Both the position numbers and the translations under genes were made by a program. A stretch of DNA of 64,000 bases. It comes from Candidatus Multivoradales bacterium. Its GTDB lineage: Bacteria > Acidobacteriota > Thermoanaerobaculia > Multivoradales > Multivoraceae. Shown piece by piece: positions 57,486 through 64,000 of this stretch. The stretch is taken from assembly GCA_965223325.1 (NCBI GenBank), contig CBDCWI010000001.1:1408001-1472000 (forward strand), written 5' to 3'. Every line of letters starts with the position of its first letter. Positions within the stretch are counted from its first letter, which is position 1. Under the pieces are notes generated by a model, which made no database searches, had not been told where the DNA came from, and saw only the letters and a program-made list of their open reading frames with translations.

Positions 57486-59354
57486 CTACTTCTCGCGCTT
57501 GCGATCCGAGGGGTTGAGGACCTTCTTGCGCATACGGTAGGCCTCAGGGGTCACCTCGACCAGCTCGTCTTCTTTGACGAACTCGAGTGCTTCTTCGAGG
57601 GTCAAAATGCGCGCGGGAGTGAGACGAACCGTGTCGTCGCTGCCGGCGGCACGCATGTTGGTCAGCTTCTTTTCGCGGGTTACATTGACATCGAGCTGAC
57701 TGGGGCGGTTGTGCTCGCCAACGATCTGCCCCATGTAGACCTGGTCGCCAGGTGCCACAAAGAGCTCGCCGCGGGGAGCCAGCCCGGCGACCGAGTAGGC
57801 GGTGACCCGACCAGGACGATCGGCAACCAGGGCGCCTCGATCGCGGTGCCGGATCTCACCCTGCCAGGGCTCCCAGCCATCAAAAAGATGATTGAGAAGA
57901 CCCGTGCCCCGGGTCTGCTCGAGAAATTCGCCGCGTAAACCGATCAGGCCCCTCGCCGGGATCCGGATGTCGATGCGAACGCGATGACCGCTGGGCTTGA
58001 TCTGCAGAATGCGACCTTTGCGCGGCCCCATCATCTGAGTCACCGTGCCGACGTGCTCTTCCGGCACGTCGATCACCATGAGCTCCATCGGCTCGTGCAA
58101 CGTGCCGTCGATCTGCCGGGTGATGACCTGCGGTTTGCCGAGCGCCATCTCGTACCCTTCGCGGCGCATCGTCTCGACGAGAATCGCCATTTGCAGTTCG
58201 CCGCGGCCTTCGACCTTGAAGACATCCGGCGAGTCGGTCGTCGCAAAGCGCATTGCGACGTTGTGCAGCATTTCCTTCTCGAGCCGTTCGAGCAGATTGC
58301 GCGAGGTGACGTACTTGCCCGACTTGCCGGCCACCGGCGAGTTGTTGACGTGGAACATCATCGACAAGGTGGGTTCGTCGACTCGAATCCCGGGCAGCGG
58401 CCTGGGGTCTATGGAATCGGCAATGGTGTCGCCGATCGTCACTTCCCCGATTCCGGTGACCGCCACGATGTGTCCCGGGCCCGCTTGAGCGATTTCTGTC
58501 CGGTCGAGACCCTCGTAGCCATAGAGCACCGAGATCTTGGCCGTACGCGGTTCAGCGGGCTCGGCCTCGGTACCGGGGGCCATCGGGTTGGGGCACACGG
58601 CAACCTGCATGCCTTTCGAAACAGTGCCCGACTGGATGCGGCCGATCGCCAGACGACCGGTGAACGAATCCCAGTCCAGGTTGGTCACCAGGATCTGGAG
58701 CGGCATCTCGGGGTCGTAGCGCGGCGGCGGCACGGTTTCGATGATCTGGTCGAAAAGTGGCTGGAGGTCAGTCTCTTCACCGTCCGGGGTCAAACGGCAG
58801 GTACCGGCTTTGGCGTTGGTGTAGAAGACCGGAAAGTCGAGCTGCTCCTCGGTCGCGTCGAGGTCGATGAAAAGGTCGTAGACCTCATCGAGCACTTCGG
58901 CAGCGCGCGCGTCCTGGCGGTCGATCTTGTTGATCACTACGATCTGGGAGAGGCCTGCAGCCAGCGCTTTCTGCAGGACGAAGCGCGTTTGCGGGAGCGG
59001 GCCCTCAGCCGCATCGACTAACAACAGCACCGCGTCAACCATCGTCAGGGTGCGCTCGACCTCGCCACCGAAATCGGCGTGACCCGGGGTGTCGACAATG
59101 TTGATGCTGTGATCGCCCCAGGTCACCGCGGTGTTCTTGGCCATGATCGTGATGCCGCGTTCACGCTCGAGGTCGTTCGAATCCATCACCCGATCGACGA
59201 CCGTCTGGTGGGCACCGAAAACGCCGCTCTGCCACAAAAGCGCATCGACCAGGGTTGTCTTGCCGTGATCGACGTGCGCGACAATGGCGAGGTTGCGCAG
59301 CTTGCTCTGCTCGGCAGTGCGTTCGGTCATGGGTTCTTCAGTTGCAGTGCTCAT
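57486..59354 (-). CDS. typA: Translational GTPase TypA/BipA
   Basis: [72 protein letters not shown]. Confidence 0.97.
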   Translation of the reverse strand: MSTATEEPMTERTAEQSKLRNLAIVAHVDHGKTTLVDALLWQSGVFGAHQTVVDRVMDSNDLERERGITIMAKNTAVTWGDHSINIVDTPGHADFGGEVERTLTMVDAVLLLVDAAEGPLPQTRFVLQKALAAGLSQIVVINKIDRQDARAAEVLDEVYDLFIDLDATEEQLDFPVFYTNAKAGTCRLTPDGEETDLQPLFDQIIETVPPPRYDPEMPLQILVTNLDWDSFTGRLAIGRIQSGTVSKGMQVAVCPNPMAPGTEAEPAEPRTAKISVLYGYEGLDRTEIAQAGPGHIVAVTGIGEVTIGDTIADSIDPRPLPGIRVDEPTLSMMFHVNNSPVAGKSGKYVTSRNLLERLEKEMLHNVAMRFATTDSPDVFKVEGRGELQMAILVETMRREGYEMALGKPQVITRQIDGTLHEPMELMVIDVPEEHVGTVTQMMGPRKGRILQIKPSGHRVRIDIRIPARGLIGLRGEFLEQTRGTGLLNHLFDGWEPWQGEIRHRDRGALVADRPGRVTAYSVAGLAPRGELFVAPGDQVYMGQIVGEHNRPSQLDVNVTREKKLTNMRAAGSDDTVRLTPARILTLEEALEFVKEDELVEVTPEAYRMRKKVLNPSDRKREK

Positions 59355-59642
59355 GGGTTTCTCGATGAACTGGAGGAAGACGTCATGCGTCGAGCAGGCG
59401 GCGCACGGGATTGGAAGGCGGTGGGCTTCGGTGGCGAGAGCCCTGCTGGCGGCAGTCCGGGCACTCGCCGCCAGGTGGGCCACCAGAATCTCTGACTACC
59501 GGAGGTCAACAGGCGCTCGGTGTAGCAGGAACTCTGTCTTTCTGGAACTCTGTGCGATGGAAGCGACCCCTCCTGGATGGGTGCTCCGCCGGTCCCACCG
59601 ACAAGCATGATTGTATTGCACTTCACCAACCGGCGAGAAACG

Positions 59643-60266
59643 ATGCTGGAACACCCGGCGGCATCGCGCGTTGTTTCTGCTGCTCGCTCCCTCACGCACC
59701 CACGTGCCCAAGAACGCCCCGAGGAGTCAACCTTGAGACCCAACGCTCCATCGAAGCCCAGGCTCATCGCCCTGGCGCGCCTGTCCGCCATCGCTGCTCT
59801 TGGTGTGCTCCTCGGAGTCGCCACCGCCACGGCCGAAGAGGCTACCCGAGTCGCCGACCTCGACTGGCTCGCTGGCCACTGGCGCAGCGACGTCGACACA
59901 GTGAAGCCGGTCACCGGGCAGCCGGTTTCTGAAGAGTGGTGGACCGACCCTGGTGGCGGACTGATGCTCGGTAGCCATCGCGACATGCGACCGGGCCGGC
60001 GATCGTTCTTCGAGTACCTCCGCATCGAAGACCGCGAAGAGGGCGCGGTCTACTTCGCCAGCCCGCGCGGCAGCGAAGCCACGGCGTTTCCTCTGGTAGA
60101 GCACGACAACTCAGACGGGCAATGGTCCGCGACCTTCGAGAACCCCGAGCACGACTGGCCGCAGCGTCTGGTCTACAGCCGCAGCGGAGACCGTTTGACG
60201 GTAAAAGCGGAAGGCCTGGACGAAACAGCGCGCCAGGCGGAGTGGCAGTTTTCCCTGGTCCCCTAG
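59643..60266 (+). CDS. DUF6265-like secreted protein (start uncertain)
   Basis: LDWLAGHW, EEWW...GGLMLG, FEYLRI, FENPEHDWPQRLVY. Confidence 0.75.
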   Translation: MLEHPAASRVVSAARSLTHPRAQERPEESTLRPNAPSKPRLIALARLSAIAALGVLLGVATATAEEATRVADLDWLAGHWRSDVDTVKPVTGQPVSEEWWTDPGGGLMLGSHRDMRPGRRSFFEYLRIEDREEGAVYFASPRGSEATAFPLVEHDNSDGQWSATFENPEHDWPQRLVYSRSGDRLTVKAEGLDETARQAEWQFSLVP

Positions 60267-60267
60267 A

Positions 60268-62550
60268 TCAGCTGCTGCTGGCAGTGTCGATCTGGCGCGC
60301 GACGCGAACCGCAAAGGCCTGCGGCCTCGGAGACGCGAGAACTGGCGCGAGTGCCTTGCCGTCGAGACTGCCGACGGCGGCACGCTCGAGCGCCACGACC
60401 AAGCGAATCGTCTCGGGTTGGTGCGCTCCAACGACGGCCCGCAGGTGGTCGAGATCGGTGACTCCTTCGGCCACCAGAATCGCCTGGCCACTGTAGGAGC
60501 GAACCTGCTCGACCTCACTGCCCATCGCACGTCGCCACTTTGCGACGTCCATCTTCCAGGTCGTCTTCTTCCCTTGCGCGGCCTGGGCTGCCCAACGCAA
60601 CACCATCGCCGGCGGCCATGACTGAGGTTCCTGGTCCAGGACCTCGTCTACGTACCGACGGACGGCCTTCCACTTGCCGCGGGCGAGGGCAATCTCCGCG
60701 CGCAGCACGCTGAGACTGGCAGGCCGACGGTAGGGATCGAGCGGCTCTCCGACGAGCTCCTGCGCCAAGCGCTCTGCCTCACCGAGATCTCCCTCGGCAA
60801 TCAACAGCTCGACCCCGGCCAGGCGAAGAGCGTTGCGCCAGGCCAGGTCCTGATCCTCCTCGGCCTGGAGCGCTCGACGCGCCCGGTCCTTTTCGCTGAG
60901 ACTCTCGAGTAGCGTGCGAGCGCTTTCTGGTGACGTCTCGATACGGCGCTCCGCGAGGAGGAGTGCTGCCACTTCGCGATCCGGGTGCTCAGAGACGTAG
61001 CGTTCGAGAAAGTCGTTTGCCGCCCCAGGCGCCATCGGCGTGAGCTTCGCGTCGAGATACATCGCCGCCAGCACTCGGGCGAGAGGACCCTGGCCCTCAA
61101 CGAGCGGGCGCGCGATCTGGGTGATTTGGTCACGCTGGGTCACTCGATCGAGTTCGGCTATGCGCAGGAGTCCGATCATCGGGTCGGGGCTGGTTTCGAG
61201 GCGCCGATCGAGCAGGCCGAACCAGGAGGGCTCATCCTCGAACCAGGGCCGAGCCACCAGGAGCGCCTCGCCCGGAGTCGAGGGATCAGCCAACCAGGCC
61301 GCGATACGGCTCCGCACCGCGGGAAGCTCTCCGGCCCGATCCGCCGCGGCCGCGAAGCGCTCCATCGAGTCGATGCTGTAGTCGTCCTCGACCCAGCGTT
61401 CGATGAGCCCCTCGACTTCGGCGCGCGGCTCGGTACGCATGTTGAGCAGTTCACCGGCCATCTCGGCGACCGGAAGTGCGCGATCTTGGGGCGACATTCC
61501 CTGCCAGAGAGTGCGGGCGTCCTCGACTCGGTCGAGACCGACGAGGGCCGTCAATCGCAGGCCGCGATAATAGGAAGCCTCTTCGGGACCCAGTTGCGCG
61601 CCGGCGACCGCCAGGCGCTCGAGCGCACTCCAGTCCTCGAGGTCGATGTACAACATCTGCAGCCAGTAGAAGTCACCCTCCTCGAGCCCGTCAGTACCTT
61701 CGATGTCGGCTGCCAGCCTTCGCGCTCGTTCTTCGTTGCCCAGCACCAGCTGCAGCCAGGAGTAGAGCGCCGTGTTTCCGGGCTCCGTGTCGAGTTCGTA
61801 AGCCTTCTCAGCGTAGGGAAGGGCCTGCTCGAGATCTCCCAACATCACCGAGGTATCGGCAAGCATGTGGTTGATGACGCTCGAGTCGGGGAGTTCCCGG
61901 TGAGCCTTGCGATACAGGCTGAAGGCACCCTGATAGTCCCCGGTGCCGTACTTTTCGTGACCGCGCTCGACCAGGTTCGCGACCTCATCGGAGGCGACGT
62001 TGCCGGTGGCTTCCGCCTGCTTGCGCTCCGCGCGCCTTTCCTTGGCTGCGGGTGTCGACTCGCTCTGGACGATCCAACCGACGAAGGCTAGCGGCAGCGA
62101 AAGGCTGACCAACACGAGAAGCGCAGTAGCCGCTTTGGGCAGCCGCGACCAGGTAAACAAGACCTTGAGATCGAGCCACAGTGCCTTGAACGTCATGAGG
62201 CCCCATGGGAAGCCCCACCATCCAAGCGTCGCCGACTGGGCGAGCGCGACGGTCGCCGCCCGAGTGCTGCACTCGCGACACAGCACCAGGTCATGGGTCG
62301 CCCAATTGGTGAACACCACAAACGACATGACGTGCATGAGGCGCACCGGCCTGACCGGTTCGTAGCGACCGCACTTCTGGCACTCGCCGCCGAACTCGTC
62401 ACTCGCCGGTGCGTGCGGAGCCTCGGCAGTCCAGTCTTCGAGTTCGGAGAGCGAGGACTCTCCCATCAGCCCAGAGCGGGTCGGTTCGACCGCACCGGGA
62501 CCGGTCGAACCCATCTCCGCCTCGCTATAGCGGCGGTCTGAATCGGACAT
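60268..62550 (-). CDS. Membrane protein with N-terminal CxxC...CxxC zinc-finger-like motif and a TPR-rich C-terminal domain
   Basis: CQKC...CREC, LGWWGFPWG, TM helices, TPR-like repeats. Confidence 0.65.
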   Translation of the reverse strand: MSDSDRRYSEAEMGSTGPGAVEPTRSGLMGESSLSELEDWTAEAPHAPASDEFGGECQKCGRYEPVRPVRLMHVMSFVVFTNWATHDLVLCRECSTRAATVALAQSATLGWWGFPWGLMTFKALWLDLKVLFTWSRLPKAATALLVLVSLSLPLAFVGWIVQSESTPAAKERRAERKQAEATGNVASDEVANLVERGHEKYGTGDYQGAFSLYRKAHRELPDSSVINHMLADTSVMLGDLEQALPYAEKAYELDTEPGNTALYSWLQLVLGNEERARRLAADIEGTDGLEEGDFYWLQMLYIDLEDWSALERLAVAGAQLGPEEASYYRGLRLTALVGLDRVEDARTLWQGMSPQDRALPVAEMAGELLNMRTEPRAEVEGLIERWVEDDYSIDSMERFAAAADRAGELPAVRSRIAAWLADPSTPGEALLVARPWFEDEPSWFGLLDRRLETSPDPMIGLLRIAELDRVTQRDQITQIARPLVEGQGPLARVLAAMYLDAKLTPMAPGAANDFLERYVSEHPDREVAALLLAERRIETSPESARTLLESLSEKDRARRALQAEEDQDLAWRNALRLAGVELLIAEGDLGEAERLAQELVGEPLDPYRRPASLSVLRAEIALARGKWKAVRRYVDEVLDQEPQSWPPAMVLRWAAQAAQGKKTTWKMDVAKWRRAMGSEVEQVRSYSGQAILVAEGVTDLDHLRAVVGAHQPETIRLVVALERAAVGSLDGKALAPVLASPRPQAFAVRVARQIDTASSS

Positions 62551-62602
62551 TGCGAGGTGATCCCTCTTTGGTGGATGGGATGAGAAACGGACGGAAATAT
62601 CG

Positions 62603-63823
62603 ATGCGCGCCACCTCACGGGCGGCGCCAACTGACCGTGCATTCTATCATCCAAAAACCATAAATACTATGTATCAAAGTTTTTCAGCCACCTCGATCTT
62701 GGGTTGGGAAGGGAGTCGGGAACGTTCTGCCAGACTTAGAGCTTCCGCTTCCAGCACGCTCAGGCGCTCGGCTGCCAACCAGTGGCCAGCCTCCAGACGG
62801 GGATGCCCCCACCGGAAAGTGTGTCCGCTCTTGAACCCTGCCAGTCGAAAAGGCCCCAAGGGTCACGCAACTCCATTCGACCGAACCCTCGAGGAGGGAG
62901 TCGGAGGCGGTACCCGTAGCGAAATCGAGCAGTACTACGACGACAACACAGCCCTTTTTCTGGGTCTGGGTGCGGGTCGTTCAACTGGCGATATTCACCG
63001 TCCCGTTTGGGCACCGGGAGTCGAAAACTCGCAGGAGGCGCTCCGGTGGGTGGCGGGCGATTTACTGCGGCAGGCCGACGAACTCGGTGGTCGTGACATC
63101 GCACACACAATCGATCTCGGCTGCGGAGTGGGTTCGACCCTCTTGTTCTTGCAGCGGGCCGGCCTCGGCTCCGGTCTTGGGGTCACGGTGAGCACGGAGC
63201 AGGTTCGGCGGGCACGGCGAGCCAGTGCGCACACACCAGCCCTTGACTTCGAACGCCTCGACTTCTGCAGCCCCGGCTTTCGCCGTGCCGTGCTCGAAGA
63301 CCGCGAGCCTGCCGAGAAACAGCCAAGAAAGTTCGACCTCGCCTTCGCGATCGAATCCTTCGTGCACGCCCGCGAGCCACAGCTCTTCTTCGAGAACGCC
63401 GCGCGCGTCCTCCGGCCCGGAGGTCGCCTGGTGGTGTGCGACGACTTTCTCGTTGCGCCAGAACGATCCCGCCTGCGAAAGAAGGTTGCCAAGCCGCGTC
63501 GTTCGAAGCGACAGCGGGACATGGTCAACGCCTTTCGCTGGGGCTGGCAGGCCTCTGCATTGATGACCCCTAAGAACGCCAAACAGCTGGCACGCAAGGC
63601 AGGGTTCGAGATCGCGCAGGAGCAAGACCTGACTCCCTGGCTTCGTCTGCGCACCACAAGAGATCGCGTCACCGGCGCGACCGTGGCCAACCTCTCCCCG
63701 CTCCTTCGCCGACTCGCGCCGCGATGGTGGCGGAGCCTCGCGGGAGGGGCTGCTCTCAACCAGTGCCTACGCCGCGGTCTGGTGCAATACCGCCTGATCA
63801 CCTGGCGGCGAATCGATGGCTAG
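62603..63823 (+). CDS. Class I SAM-dependent methyltransferase (true start probably near 62900)
   Basis: IEQYYDDNT, DIHRPVW, IDLGCGVG, AIESFVHA, LRPGGRLVVCDDF. Confidence 0.8.
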   Translation: MRATSRAAPTDRAFYHPKTINTMYQSFSATSILGWEGSRERSARLRASASSTLRRSAANQWPASRRGCPHRKVCPLLNPASRKGPKGHATPFDRTLEEGVGGGTRSEIEQYYDDNTALFLGLGAGRSTGDIHRPVWAPGVENSQEALRWVAGDLLRQADELGGRDIAHTIDLGCGVGSTLLFLQRAGLGSGLGVTVSTEQVRRARRASAHTPALDFERLDFCSPGFRRAVLEDREPAEKQPRKFDLAFAIESFVHAREPQLFFENAARVLRPGGRLVVCDDFLVAPERSRLRKKVAKPRRSKRQRDMVNAFRWGWQASALMTPKNAKQLARKAGFEIAQEQDLTPWLRLRTTRDRVTGATVANLSPLLRRLAPRWWRSLAGGAALNQCLRRGLVQYRLITWRRIDG

Positions 63824-64000
63824 CGCTCCGCCAGAGCGCCTGGCCGTTGCGGTACTCCGGGGAACGCTGGGTGTCTTACTGCTGCAGTTTCTGTTCTCCT
63901 ACGCCAACGTCGTGTCGACCCCGTGGGTAGAGCCGCGCTGGTCTCTCGCCCTCGAGGTCACCCTCGGCCTCGGACTGTGGGCCACATGGAGAACTCGGGC
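63816..64000 (+). CDS. Membrane protein, N-terminal fragment (3' truncated by window edge)
   Basis: ATG overlaps the methyltransferase stop; frame open to the window end with hydrophobic segments (MASAPPERLAVAVLRGTLGVLLLQFLFS...). Confidence 0.55.
   Translation, partial: MASAPPERLAVAVLRGTLGVLLLQFLFSYANVVSTPWVEPRWSLALEVTLGLGLWATWRTR

Noticed and set aside
204-63801. Many long antisense or alternative-frame ORFs (e.g. 13548..14954 +, 29909..31159 -, 38191..39393 -, 60985..62091 +)
   Set aside because: They are shadows of well-supported genes in high-GC DNA and have no recognisable motifs.
1-64000. CRISPR array, tRNA/rRNA, prophage, integron or autonomous IS
   Set aside because: I saw no repeat-spacer periodicity, RNA-gene signatures, or integrase, transposase or phage genes.

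Overview
Gene-dense, GC-rich bacterial chromosomal window. The gene content (Oar-type TonB receptor, IPTL-CTERM protein, many TPR proteins, TMTC-like glycosyltransferase) is suggestive of Acidobacteriota/Thermoanaerobaculia; this is inference only. It holds about 49 CDSs. I saw no rRNA, tRNA, CRISPR array, integrase or transposase. Highlights: (1) a divergent locus of three Rieske-domain fusion proteins (Rieske-TPP enzyme, Rieske-glutamate-synthase FMN domain, ferric-reductase membrane-Rieske-Cys/His domain) with a PAI-like fatty-acid isomerase homolog inside it; (2) a hidden selenoprotein split by the ORF caller (WASW-UGA-GC plus a SECIS-like hairpin, 51690-52862); (3) an LtrA-KirBac K+ channel fusion; (4) two paralogous heme-c + PHM-type copper monooxygenase + TPR proteins bracketing a TonB receptor and a TMTC-like glycosyltransferase; (5) an olsB/olsA-like operon followed by a hydrolase-DedA-ATP-grasp triple fusion; (6) a 166-bp MITE-like element with perfect 24-bp terminal inverted repeats; (7) a delta-class carbonic anhydrase lipoprotein. 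All product calls come from motif recognition by eye, not database searches. Several start codons are estimates.
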